Assembly: GCF_009914755.1 (NCBI RefSeq) | Contig: NC_060938.1 | Direction: 5' to 3' (one strand) | From: the human T2T-CHM13v2.0 reference genome, Homo sapiens | DNA: 64,000 nucleotides | Shown here: piece by piece, positions 1 to 13,100 of the stretch | Layout of the letters: each line of letters opens with the position of its first letter | Position numbering within the stretch: position 1 is the stretch's first letter | The notes under the pieces: model-generated | What the model saw: the letters and a program-made list of their open reading frames with translations, nothing else | The model's database searches: none | What the model was told of the DNA's origin: nothing | Position numbers and translations under genes: made by a program

Positions 1-195
1 TGTCTAGTGGTTATGGGAAGATATTTGCTTTTTCACCGTAGGCCTCAGAGCGCTCCAAATATCCACTTGCACATACTACAAAAAGAGTGCTTCAAAGCTG
101 GTCTCTGAAACGGAATGTTCAACTCTATGAGTTGAATGCAAACATCACAAAGACGTTTCTGAGAATGCTTCTGTCTAGATTTGATATGAAGATAT

Positions 196-212
196 TCCCG
201 TTTCCAACGAAA
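196..212 (-). promoter_or_regulatory. CENP-B box (box 1 of HOR; recurs every 1364 bp)
   Basis: TCCCGTTTCCAACGAAA is the reverse complement of TTTCGTTGGAAACGGGA, matching canonical YTTCGTTGGAARCGGGA. Confidence 0.97.
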
Positions 213-366
213 TCTTCAAATCTATCCAAATGTCCACTTGCAGATTCAACAAAAAGTGTTTTTCAGAACTGCTCTATCAAAAGAAAGATCCACCTCTGTT
301 AGCTGAGTTCACACATCACAAACAAGTTTATGAGAATGCTTCTGTCTAGTTTTTATTTGAAGATAT

Positions 367-383
367 TTCCTTTCTCACCATAG
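367..383 (-). promoter_or_regulatory. pJalpha/A-box-like motif in an A-type monomer (related motifs near 25, 705 and 1047 in each HOR)
   Basis: TTCCTTTCTCACCATAG is one mismatch from the reverse complement of the pJalpha motif CTAYGGTGRAAAAGGAA. It lies 171 bp after the CENP-B box at 196, at the homologous monomer position, giving the A/B alternation of dimeric families. Confidence 0.75.
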
Positions 384-533
384 AGCTGAAAGCTGTCCTA
401 ATGTTCACTTCCAGATACTACAGAAAGAGTGTTTCAAAACTGCTGTACGAAAGGGAATGTTCAACTCTGTGACTTGAATGCACACATCACAAAGAAGTTT
501 CTGAGGATGCTGCTGTCTACTTTTTATACGTAA

Positions 534-550
534 TCCCGTTTCCAACGAAA
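534..550 (-). promoter_or_regulatory. CENP-B box (box 2 of HOR)
   Basis: Exact TCCCGTTTCCAACGAAA at 534-550. Confidence 0.97.
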
Positions 551-875
551 TCCTCCAAGCTATCCAAATATCCACTTGCAGATTCCACAGAAAGGCTGTT
601 TCAAAACTGCTCTGTCAATAGAAAGGTTCAACTCTGTTAGCTGCGTGCATATATCCCAAAGAAGATTCTGAGATTGCTTCTGTCTAGTTTTTATGGGAAG
701 ATATTTCCCTTTTCACCGTAGGTGTCAAGGCGCTCCAAATGTCCACTTCCAGATACTACAAAAAGAGTGTTTCAAACCTACTCTGTGAAAGGGAATATTC
801 AACTCTGTGACTTGAATGCACATATCACAAAGAAGTTTCTGAGAATGCTTCTGTCGAGATTTTATATGAAGATAT

Positions 876-892
876 TCCCGTTTCCAACGAAA
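876..892 (-). promoter_or_regulatory. CENP-B box (box 3 of HOR)
   Basis: Exact TCCCGTTTCCAACGAAA at 876-892. Confidence 0.97.
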
Positions 893-1217
893 TCCTGAAA
901 TGTACCCAAATATCCCCTCGCAGATTCTACAAAAAGAGTGTTTCAAAACTGCTCTGTAAAAAGAAAGGTTCAACTCTGTTAGTTGAGTACACACATCACA
1001 AATAAGTTTCACACAATGCTTCTTTCTAGCTTGTAGGGTAACATATTCCCTTTATCACCATGGGCCTCAAACCGTCTGAAACGTCCACTTCCATATACTA
1101 CAAAAAGAGCATTTCAAACCTGCTCTATGAAAGGCAATGTTCAACTCTGTGACTTGAATGCAGACATCACAGAGCAGTTTCTGAGAATGCTTCTGTCTAG
1201 ATTTTATAGGAAGATAT

Positions 1218-1234
1218 TCCCGTTTCCAACGAAA
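1218..1234 (-). promoter_or_regulatory. CENP-B box (box 4 of HOR)
   Basis: Exact TCCCGTTTCCAACGAAA at 1218-1234. Confidence 0.97.
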
Positions 1235-4119
1235 TCTTCACAGCTATCCAAATATCCACTTGCAGATTCTACAAAAAGAGTGTATCAAAACTGCTCTGTC
1301 AAAAGGAAGGTTCTTCTCTGTTAGGTGAGTGCATACGTCATAAAGGAGTTTCTGAGAATGTTTCTGTCTAGTGGTTATGGGAAGATATTTGCTTTTTCCC
1401 CGTAGGCCTCAGGGCGCTCCAAATGTCCACTTGCACATGCTACAAAAAGAGTGCTTCAAAGCTGCTCTCTGAAAGGGAATGTTCAACTCTATTAGTTGAA
1501 TGCAAACATCACAAAGACGTTTCTGAGAATGCTTCTGTCTAGATTTGATATGAAGATATTCCCGTTTCCAACGAAATCTTCAAATCTATCCAAATGTCCA
1601 CTTGCAGATTCAACAAAAAGTGTTTTTCAGAACTGCTCTATCAAAAGAAAGATCCACCTCTGTTAGCTGAGTTCACACATCACAAACAAGTTTATGAGAA
1701 TGCTTCTGTCTAGTTTTTATTTGAAGATATTTCCTTTCTCACCATAGACCTGAAAGCTGTCCTAATGTTCACTTCCAGTTACTACAGAAAGAGTGTTTCA
1801 AAACTGCTGTACGAAAGGGAATGTTCAACTCTGTGACTTGAATGCACACATCACAAAGAAGTTTCTGAGGATGCTGCTGTCTACTTTTTATACTTAATCC
1901 CGTTTCCAACGAAATCCTCCAAGCTATCCAAATATCCACTTGCAGATTCCACAGAAAGACTGTTTCAAAACTGCTCTGTCAATAGAAAGGTTCAACTCTG
2001 TTAGCTGCGTGCATATATCCCAAAGAAGATTCTGAGATTGCTTCTGTCTAGTTTTTATGGGAAGATATTTACCTTTTCACCGTAGGCGTCAAGGCTCTCC
2101 AATTGTCCACTTCCAGATACTACAAAAAGAGTGTTTCAAACCTACTCTGTGGAAGGGAATATTCAACTCTGTGACTTGAATGCACATATCACAAAGAAGT
2201 TTCTGAGAATGCTTCTGTCGAGATTTTATATGAAGATATTCCCGTTTCCAACAAAATCCTGAAATCTATCCAAATATCCCCTCGCAGATTCTACAAAAAG
2301 AGTGTTTCAAAACTGCTCTGTAAAAAGAATGGTTCAACTCTGTTAGTTGAGTACACACATCACAAACAAGTTTCACAGAATGCTTCTTTCTAGCTTGTAG
2401 GGGAAGATATTCCCTTTATCACCATGGGCCTCAAACCGTCCGATAAGTCCACTTCCATATACTACAAAAAGAGCGTTTCAAACCTGCTCTATGAAAGGCA
2501 ATGTTCAACTCTGTGACTTGAATGCAGACATCACAGAGCAGTTTCTGAGAATGCTTCTGTCTAGATTTTATAGGAAGATATTCCCGTTTCCAACGAAATC
2601 TTCACAGCTATCCAAATATCCACTTGTAGATTCTACAAAAAGAGTGTATCAAAACTGCTCTGTCAAAAGGAAGGTTCTTCTCTGTTAGGTGAGTGCATAC
2701 GTCATAAAGGAGTTTCTGAGAATGTTTCTGTCTAGTGGTTATGGGAAGATATTTGCTTTTTCACCGTAGGCCTCAGAGCGCTCCAAATATCCACTTGCAC
2801 ATACTACAAAAAGAGTGCTTCAAAGCTGGTCTCTGAAACGGAATGTTCAACTCTATGAGTTGAATGCAAACATCACAAAGACGTTTCTGAGAATGCTTCT
2901 GTCTAGATTTGATATGAAGATATTCCCGTTTCCAACGAAATCTTCAAATCTATCCAAATGTCCACTTGCAGATTCAACAAAAAGTGTTTTTCAGAACTGC
3001 TCTATCAAAAGAAAGATCCACCTCTGTTAGCTGAGTTCACACATCACAAACAAGTTTATGAGAATGCTTCTGTCTAGTTTTTATTTGAAGATATTTCCTT
3101 TCTCACCATAGAGCTGAAAGCTGTCCTAATGTTCACTTCCAGATACTACAGAAAGAGTGTTTCAAAACTGCTGTACGAAAGGGAATGTTCAACTCTGTGA
3201 CTTGAATGCACACATCACAAAGAAGTTTCTGAGGATGCTGCTGTCTACTTTTTATACGTAATCCCGTTTCCAACGAAATCCTCCAAGCTATCCAAATATC
3301 CACTTGCAGATTCCACAGAAAGGCTGTTTCAAAACTGCTCTGTCAATAGAAAGGTTCAACTCTGTTAGCTGCGTGCATATATCCCAAAGAAGATTCTGAG
3401 ATTGCTTCTGTCTAGTTTTTATGGGAAGATATTTCCCTTTTCACCGTAGGTGTCAAGGCGCTCCAAATGTCCACTTCCAGATACTACAAAAAGAGTGTTT
3501 CAAACCTACTCTGTGAAAGGGAATATTCAACTCTGTGACTTGAATGCACATATCACAAAGAAGTTTCTGAGAATGCTTCTGTCGAGATTTTATATGAAGA
3601 TATTCCCGTTTCCAACGAAATCCTGAAATGTACCCAAATATCCCCTCGCAGATTCTACAAAAAGAGTGTTTCAAAACTGCTCTGTAAAAAGAAAGGTTCA
3701 ACTCTGTTAGTTGAGTACACACATCACAAATAAGTTTCACACAATGCTTCTTTCTAGCTTGTAGGGTAACATATTCCCTTTATCACCATGGGCCTCAAAC
3801 CGTCTGAAACGTCCACTTCCATATACTACAAAAAGAGCATTTCAAACCTGCTCTATGAAAGGCAATGTTCAACTCTGTGACTTGAATGCAGACATCACAG
3901 AGCAGTTTCTGAGAATGCTTCTGTCTAGATTTTATAGGAAGATATTCCCGTTTCCAACGAAATCTTCACAGCTATCCAAATATCCACTTGCAGATTCTAC
4001 AAAAAGAGTGTATCAAAACTGCTCTGTCAAAAGGAAGGTTCTTCTCTGTTAGGTGAGTGCATACGTCATAAAGGAGTTTCTGAGAATGTTTCTGTCTAGT
4101 GGTTATGGGAAGATATTTG

Positions 4120-7100
4120 CTTTTTCCCCGTAGGCCTCAGGGCGCTCCAAATGTCCACTTGCACATGCTACAAAAAGAGTGCTTCAAAGCTGCTCTCTGA
4201 AAGGGAATGTTCAACTCTATTAGTTGAATGCAAACATCACAAAGACGTTTCTGAGAATGCTTCTGTCTAGATTTGATATGAAGATATTCCCGTTTCCAAC
4301 GAAATCTTCAAATCTATCCAAATGTCCACTTGCAGATTCAACAAAAAGTGTTTTTCAGAACTGCTCTATCAAAAGAAAGATCCACCTCTGTTAGCTGAGT
4401 TCACACATCACAAACAAGTTTATGAGAATGCTTCTGTCTAGTTTTTATTTGAAGATATTTCCTTTCTCACCATAGACCTGAAAGCTGTCCTAATGTTCAC
4501 TTCCAGTTACTACAGAAAGAGTGTTTCAAAACTGCTGTACGAAAGGGAATGTTCAACTCTGTGACTTGAATGCACACATCACAAAGAAGTTTCTGAGGAT
4601 GCTGCTGTCTACTTTTTATACTTAATCCCGTTTCCAACGAAATCCTCCAAGCTATCCAAATATCCACTTGCAGATTCCACAGAAAGACTGTTTCAAAACT
4701 GCTCTGTCAATAGAAAGGTTCAACTCTGTTAGCTGTGTGCATATATCCCAAAGAAGATTCTGAGATTGCTTCTGTCTAGTTTTTATGGGAAGATATTTAC
4801 CTTTTCACCGTAGGCGTCAAGGCTCTCCAATTGTCCACTTCCAGATACTACAAAAAGAGTGTTTCAAACCTACTCTGTGGAAGGGAATATTCAACTCTGT
4901 GACTTGAATGCACATATCACAAAGAAGTTTCTGAGAATGCTTCTGTCGAGATTTTATATGAAGATATTCCCGTTTCCAACAAAATCCTGAAATCTATCCA
5001 AATATCCCCTCGCAGATTCTACAAAAAGAGTGTTTCAAAACTGCTCTGTAAAAAGAATGGTTCAACTCTGTTAGTTGAGTACACACATCACAAACAAGTT
5101 TCACAGAATGCTTCTTTCTAGCTTGTAGGGAAAGATATTCCCTTTATCACCATGGGCCTCAAACCGTCCGAAACGTCCACTTCCATATACTACAAAAAGA
5201 GCGTTTCAAACCTGCTCTATGAAAGGCAATGTTCAACTCCGTGACTTGAATGCAGACATCACAGAGCAGTTTCTGAGAATGCTTCTGTCTAGATTTTATA
5301 GGAAGATATTCCCGTTTCCAGCGAAATCTTCACAGATATCCAAATATCCACTTGCAGATTCTACAAAAAGAGTGTATCAAAACTGCTCTGTCAAAAGGAA
5401 AGTTCTTCTCTGCTAGTTGAGTACATACGTCATAAAGAAGTTTCTGAGAATGTTTCTGTCTAGTGGTTATGGGAAGATATTTGCTTTTTCCCCGTAGGCC
5501 TCAAAGCGCTCCAAATGTCCACTTGCACATACTTAAAAAGAGTGCTTCAAAGCTGCTCTCTGAAAGGGAATGTTCAACTCTATGAGTTGAATGCAAACAT
5601 CACAAAGACGTTTCTGAGAATGCTTCTGTCTAGATTTGATATGAAGATATTCCCGTTTCCAACGAAATCTTCAAATCTATCCAAATGTCCACTTGCAGAT
5701 TCAACAAAGTGTTTTTCAAAACTGCTGTATCAAAAGAAAGATCCACCTCTGTTAGCTGAGTTCACACTTCACAAACAAGTTTATCAGAATTCTTCTGTCT
5801 AGTTTTTATTTGAAGATATATCCTTTCTCACTATAGACCTGAAAGCTGTCCTAATGTTCACTTCTAGATACTACAGAGTGTTTCAAAACTGCTGTATGAA
5901 AGGGAATGTTCAACTCTGTGACTTGAATGCACACATCACAAGGAAGTTTCTGAGGATGCTGCTGTCTAATTTTTATACGTAATCCCGTTTCCAACGAAAT
6001 CCTCCAAGCTATCCAAATATCCACCTGCAGATTCCACAGAAAGACTGTTTCAAAACTGCTCTGTCAATAGAAAGGTTCAACTCTGTTAGCTGCGTGCAAA
6101 TATCCCAAAGAAGATTCTGAGATTGCTTCTGTCTAGTTTTTATGGGAAGATATTTCCCTTTTCACCGTAGGTGTCGAGGCGCTCCAAATGTCCACTTCCA
6201 GATACTACAAAAAGAGTGTTTCAAACCTACTCTGTGAAAGGGAATATTCAACTCTGTGACTTGAATGCACATATCACAAAGAAGTTTCTGAGAATGCTTC
6301 TGTCGAGATTTTATATGAAGATATCCCCGTTTCCAACGAAATCCTGAAATCTATCCAAATATCCCCTCGCAGATTCTACAAAAAGAGTGTTTCAAAACTG
6401 CTCTGTAAAAAGAAAGGTTCAACTCTGTTAGTTGAGTACACACATCACAAACAAGTTTCACAGAATGCTTCTTTCTAGCTTATAGGGGAAGATATTCCCT
6501 TTATCACCATGGGCCTCAAACCGTCCGAAACGTCCACTTCCATATACTACAAAAAGAGCGTTTCAAACCTGCTCTATGAAAGGCAATGTTCAACTCCGTG
6601 ACTTCAATGCAGACATCACAGAGCAGTTTCTGAGAATGCTTCTGTCTAGATTTTATAGGAAGATATTCCCGTTTCCAACGAAATCTTCACAGCTATCCAA
6701 ATATCCACTTGCAGATTCTACAAAAAGAGTGTATCAAAACTACTCTGTCAAAAGGAAGGTTCTTCTCTATTAGTTGAGTACATACGTCATAAAGGAGTTT
6801 CTGAGAATGTTTCTGTCTAGTGGTTATGGGAAGATATTTGCTTTTTCACCGTAGGCCTCAGAGCGCTCCAAATATCCACTTCCACATACTACAAAAAGAG
6901 TGCTTCAAAGCTGCTCTCTGAAAGGGAATGTTCAACTCTATGAGTTGAATGCAAACATCACAAAGACGTTTCTGAGAATGCTTCTGTCTAGATTTGATAT
7001 GAAAATATTCCGGTTTCCAAAGAAATCTTCAAATCTATCCAAATGTCCACTTGCAGATTCAACAAAAAGTGTTTTTCAGAACTGCTCTATCAAAAGAAAG

Positions 7101-10100
7101 ATCCACCTCTGTTAGCTGAGTTCACACATCACAAACAAGTTTATGAGAATGCTTCTGTCTAGTTTTTATGTGAAGATATTTCCTTTCTCACCGTAGACCT
7201 GAAAGCTGTCCTAATGTTCACTTCCAGATACTACAGAAAGAGTGTTTCAAAACTGCTGTACGAAAGGGAATGTTCAACTCTGTGACTTGAATGCACACAT
7301 CACAAAGAAGTTTCTGAGGATGCTGCTGTCTACTTTTTATACGTAATCCCGTTTCCAATGAAATCCTCCAAGCTATCTAAATATCCACTTGCAGATTCCA
7401 CAGAAAGACTGTTTCAAAACTGCTCTGTCAATAGAAAGGTTCAACTCTGTTAGCTGCGTGCATATATCTCAAGGAAGATTCTGAGATAGCTTCTGTCTAG
7501 TTTTTATGGGAAGATATTTCCCTTTTCACCGTAGGCGTCAAGGCGCTCCAAATGTCCACTTCCAGATACTACAAAAAGACTGTTTCAAACCTACTCTGTG
7601 AAAGGGAATATTCAACTCTGTGACTTGAAAGCACATATCACAAAGAAGTTTCTGAGAATGCTTCTGTCGAGATTTTATATGAAGATATTCCCGTTTCCAA
7701 CGAAATCCTGAAATCTATCCAAATATCCCCTCGCAGATTCTACAAAAAGAGTGTTTCAAAACTGCTCTGTAAAAAGAAAGGTTCAACTCTGTCAGTTGAG
7801 TACACACATCACAAACAAGTTTCACAGAATGCTTCTTTCTAGCTTGTAGGGGAAGATATTCCCTTTATTACCATGGGCCTCAAACCGTCCGAAACGTCCA
7901 CTTCCATATACTACAAAAAGAGCGTTTCAAACCTCCTCTATGAAAGGCAATGTTCAACTCTGTGACTTGAATGCAGACATCACAGAGCAGTTTCTGAGAA
8001 TGCTTCTGTCTAGATTTTATAGGAAGATATTCCCGTTTCCAACGAAATCTTCACAGCTATCCAAATATCCACTTGCAGATTCTACAAAAAGAGTGTATCA
8101 AAACTGCTCTGTCAAAAGGAAGGTTCTTCTCTGTTAGGTGAGTGCATACGTCATAAAGGAGTTTCTGAGAATGTTTCTGTCTAGTGGTTATGGGAAGATA
8201 TTTGCTTTTTCCCCGTAGGCCTCAAAGCGCTCCAAATGTCCACTTGCACATACTACAAAAAGAGTGCTTCAAAGCTGCTCTCTGAAAGGGAATGTTCAAC
8301 TCTATGAGTTGAATGCATACATCACAAAGACGTTTCTGAGAATGCTTCTGTCTAGATTTGATATGAAGATATTCCCGTTTCCAACGAAATCATCAAATCT
8401 ATCCAAATGTCCACTTGCAGATTCAACAAAGTGTTTTTCAAAACTGCTGTATCAAAAGAAAGATCCACCTCTGTTAGCTGAGTTCACACTTCACAAACAA
8501 GTTTATCAGAAAGCTTCTGTCTAGTTTTTATTTGAAGATATATCCTTTCCAACTATAGACATGAAAGCTCTCCTAAAATTCACTTCCAGATACTACAGAA
8601 AGAGTGTTTCAAAACTGATGTATGAAAGGGAATGTTCAACTCTGTGACTTGAATGCACACATCACAAAGAAGTTTCTGAGGATGCTGCTGTCTACTTTTT
8701 ATACGTAATCGCGTTTCCAACGAAATCCTCCAAGCTATCCAAATATCCACTTGCAGATTCCACAGAAAGACTGTTTCAAAACTGCTCTGTCAATAGAAAG
8801 GTTCAACTCTGCTAGCTACGTGCATATATCCCAAAGAAGATTCTGAGATTGCTTCTGTCTAGTTTTTATGGGAAGATATTTCCCTTTTCACCGTAGGCGT
8901 GAAGGCGCTCCAAATGTCCACTTCCAGATACTACAAAAAGAGTGTTTCAAACCTACTATGTGAAAGGGAATATTCAACTCTGTGACTTCAATGCAGATAT
9001 CACAAAGAAGTTTCTGAGAAGGCTTCTGCCGAGATTTTCAAAGAAGATATTCCCGTTTCCAAGGAAATCCTGATATCTATCCAAATATCTCCACGCAGAT
9101 TCTACAAAAAGAGTGTTTCAAAACTGCTCTGTAAAAAGAAAGGTTCAACTCTGTTAGTTGAGTACACACATCACAAACAAGTTTCACAGAATGCTTCTTT
9201 CTAGCTGGTAGGGGAAGATATTCCCTTTATCACCATGGGCCTCAAACCGTCTGAAACGTCCACTTCCATATACTACAAAAAGAGCGTTTCAAACCTGCTC
9301 TATGAAAGGCAATGTTCAACTCTGTGACTTGAATGCACACATCACAGAGCAGTTTCTGAGAATGCTTCTGTCTAGATTTTATAGGAAGATATTCCCGTTT
9401 CCAACGAAATCTTCACAGCTATCCAAATATCCACTTGCAGATTCTACAAAAAGAGTGTATCAAAACTGCTCTGTCAAAAGGAAGGTTCTTCTCTGTTAGT
9501 TGAGTACATACGTCATAAAGGAGTTTCTGAGAATGTTTCTGTCTAGTGGTTAAGGGAAGATATTTGCTTTTTCACCGTAGGCCTCAGAGCGCTCCAAATA
9601 TCCACTTGCACATACTACAAAAAGAGTGCTTCAAAGCTGCTCTCTGAAACGGAATGTTCAACTCTATGAGTTGAATGCAAACATCACAAAGACGTTTCTG
9701 AGACTGCTTCTGTCTAGATTTGATATGAAGATATTCCCGTTTCCAACGAAATCTTCAAATCTATCCAAATGTCCACTTTCAGATTCAACAAAAAGTGTTT
9801 TTCAGAACTGCTCTATCAAAAGAAAGATCCACCTCTGTTAGCTGAGTTCACACATCACAAACAAGTTTATGAGAACGCTTCTGTCTAGTTTTTATTTGAA
9901 GATATTTCCTTTCTCACCATAGACCTGAAAGCTGTCCTAATGTTCACTTCCAGATACTACAGAAAGAGTGTTTCAAAACTGCTGTACGAAAGGGAATGTT
10001 CAACTCTGTGACTTGAATGCACACATCACAAAGAAGTTTCTGAGGATGCTGCTGTCTACTTTTTATACGTAATCCCGTTTCCAACGAAATCCTCCAAGCT

Positions 10101-13100
10101 ATCTAAATATCCACTTGCAGATTCCACAGAAAGACTGTTTCAAAACTGCTCTGTCAATAGAAAGGTTCAACTCTGTTAGCTGCGTGCATATATCCCAAAG
10201 AAGATTCTGAGATTGCTTCTGTCTAGTTTTTATGGGAAGATATTTCCCTTTTCACCGTAGGTGTCAAGGCGCTCCAAATGTCCACTTCCAGATACTACAA
10301 AAAGAGTGTTTCAAACCTACTCTGTGGAAGGGAATATTCAACTCTGTGACTTGAATGCACATATCACAAAGAAGTTTCTGAGAATGCTTCTGTCGAGATT
10401 TTATATGAAGATATTCCCGTTTCCAACAAAATCCTGAAATCTATCCAAATATCCCCTCGCAGATTCTACAAAAAGAGTGTTTCAAAACTGCTCTGTAAAA
10501 AGAATGGTTCAACTCTGTTAGTTGAGTACACACATCACAAACAAGTTTCACAGAATGCTTCTTTCTAGCTTGTAGGGGAAGATATTCCCTTTATCACCAT
10601 GGGCCTCAAACCGTCCGAAACGTCCACTTCCATATACTACAAAAAGAGCGTTTCAAACCTGCTCTATGAAAGGCAATGTTCAACTCCGTGACTTGAATGC
10701 AGACATCACAGAGCAGTTTCTGAGAATGCTTCTGTCTAGATTTTATAGGAAGATATTCCCGTTTCCAGCGAAATCTTCACAGATATCCAAATATCCACTT
10801 GCAGATTCTACAAAAAGAGTGTATCAAAACTGCTCTGTCAAAAGGAAAGTTCTTCTCTGCTAGTTGAGTACATACGTCATAAAGAAGGTTCTGAGAATGT
10901 TTCTGTCTAGGGGTTATGGGAAGATATTTACTTTTTCCCCGTAGGCCTCAAAGCGCTCCAAATGTCCACTTGCACATACTTAAAAAGAGTGCTTCAAAGC
11001 TGCTCTCTGAAAGGGAATGTTCAACTCTATGAGTTGAATGCAAACATCACAAAGACGTTTCTGAGAATGCTTCTGTCTAGATTTGATATGAAGATATTCC
11101 CGTTTCCAACGAAATCTTCAAATCAATCCAAATGTCCACTTGCAGATTCAACAAAGTGTTTTTCAAAACTGCTGTATCAAAAGAAAGATCCACCTCTGTT
11201 AGCTGAGTTCACACTTCACAAACAAGTTTATCAGAACTCTTCTGTCTAGTTTTTATTTGAAGATATATCCTTTCTCACTATAGACCTGAAAGCTGTCCTA
11301 ATGTTCACTTCCAGATACTACAGAGTGTTTCAAAACTGCTGTATGAAAGGGAATGTTCAACTCTGTGACTTGAATGCACACATCACAAAGAAGTTTCTGA
11401 GGATGCTGCTGTCTAATTTTTATACGTAATCCCGTTTCCAATGAAATCCTCCAAGCTATCCAAATATCCACTTGCAGATTCCACAGAAAGACTGTTTCAA
11501 AACTGCTCTGTCAATAGAAAGGTTCAACTCTGTTAGCTGCGTGCAAATATCCCAAAGAAGATTCTGAGATTGCTTCTGTCTAGTTTTTATGGGAAGATAT
11601 TTCCCTTTTCACCGTAGGCGTCAAGGCGCTCCAAATGTCCACTTCCAGATACTACAAAAAGAGTGTTTCAAACCTACTCTGTGAAAGGGAATATTCAACT
11701 CTGTGACTTGAATGCACATATCACAAAGAAGTTTCTGAGAATGCTTCTGTCGAGATTTTATATGAAGATATTCCCGTTTCCAACGAAATCCTGAAATCTA
11801 TCCAAATATCCCCTCGCAGATTCTACAAAAAGAGTGTTTCAAAACTGCTCTGTAAAAAGAAAGGTTCAACTCTGTTAGTTGAGTACACACATCACAAACA
11901 AGTTTCACAGAATGCTTCTTTCTAGCTTGTAGGGGAAGATATTTCCTTTATCACCATGGGCCTCAAACCGTCCGAAACGTCCACTTCCATATACTAAAAA
12001 AAGAGAGCTTGAAACCTGCTCTATGAAAGGCAATGTTCAACTCTGTGACATGAAAGCAAACATCACAGAGCAGTTTCTGAGAATGCTTCTGTCCGGACTT
12101 TATAGGAAGATATTCCCGATTCCAACGAAATCTTCACATCTATCCAAATATCCACTTGCAGATACTACAAAAAGAGTGTATCAAAAATGCTCTGTCAAGA
12201 GGACAGTTCTTCTCTGCTAGTTGAGTACATACGTCATAAAGAAGTTTCTGAGAATGTTTCTGTCTAGTGGTTATGGGAAGATATTTGCTTTTTCCCCGTA
12301 GGCCTCAGGGCGCTCCAAATATCCAGTTGCACATACTACAAAAAGAGTGCTTCAAAGCTGCTCTCTGAAACGGAATGTTCAACTCTATGAGTTGAATGCA
12401 AACATCACAAAGACGTTTCTGAGAATGCTTCTGTCTAGATTTGATATGAAGATATTCCCGTTTCCAACGAAATCTTCAAATCTATCCAAATGTCCACTTG
12501 CAGATTCAACAAAAAGTGTTTTTCAGAACTGCTCTATCAAAAGAAAGATCCACCTCTGTTAGCTGAGTTCACACATCACAAACAAGTTTATGAGAATGCT
12601 TCTGTCTAGTTTTTATTTGAAGATATTTCCTTTCTCACCATAGACCTGAAAGCTGTCCTAATGTTCACTTCCAGATACTACAGAAAGAGTGTTTCAAAAC
12701 TGCTGTACGAAAGGGAATGTTCAACTCTGTGACTTGAATGCACACATCACAAAGAAGTTTCTGAGGATGCTGCTGTCTACTTTTTATACGTAATCCCGTT
12801 TCCAACGAAATCCTCCATGCTATCCAAATATCCACTTGCAGATTCCACAGAAAGACTGTTTCAAAACTGCTCTGTCAATAGAAAGGTTCAACTCTGTTAG
12901 CTGTGTGCATATATCTCAAAGAAAATTCTGAGATTGCTTCTGTCTAGTTTTTATGGGAAGATATTTCCCTTTTCACCGTAGGCGTCAAGGCGCTCCAAAT
13001 GTCCACTTCCAGATACTACAAAAAGAGTGTTTCAAACCTACTCTGTGAAAGGGAATATTCAACTCTGTTACTTGAATGCAGATATCACAAAGAAGTTTCT

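Larger units (their letters stand above)
196..1559 (-). repeat. One representative 8-mer HOR unit (four dimers: 338+342+342+342 bp)
   Basis: CENP-B boxes start at 196, 534, 876, 1218, then 1560 (=196+1364). The 338-bp dimer carries a fixed 4-bp shortening just before its box (TTTTTATACGTAATCCCG vs TTTATATGAAGATATTCCCG). Confidence 0.95.
1..5130. repeat. Tandem duplication with 2-HOR period (2728 bp); left copy truncated by the window edge
   Basis: Rare variants recur at +2728: TGTACCCAAA (~901/~3629), GGGTAACATAT (~1037/~3765), CTATTAG (1493/4221), GGCTCTCCAATTG (~2093/~4821), broken box CCAACAAAA (2240/4968). Identity ends near 2403/5131. Confidence 0.85.
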
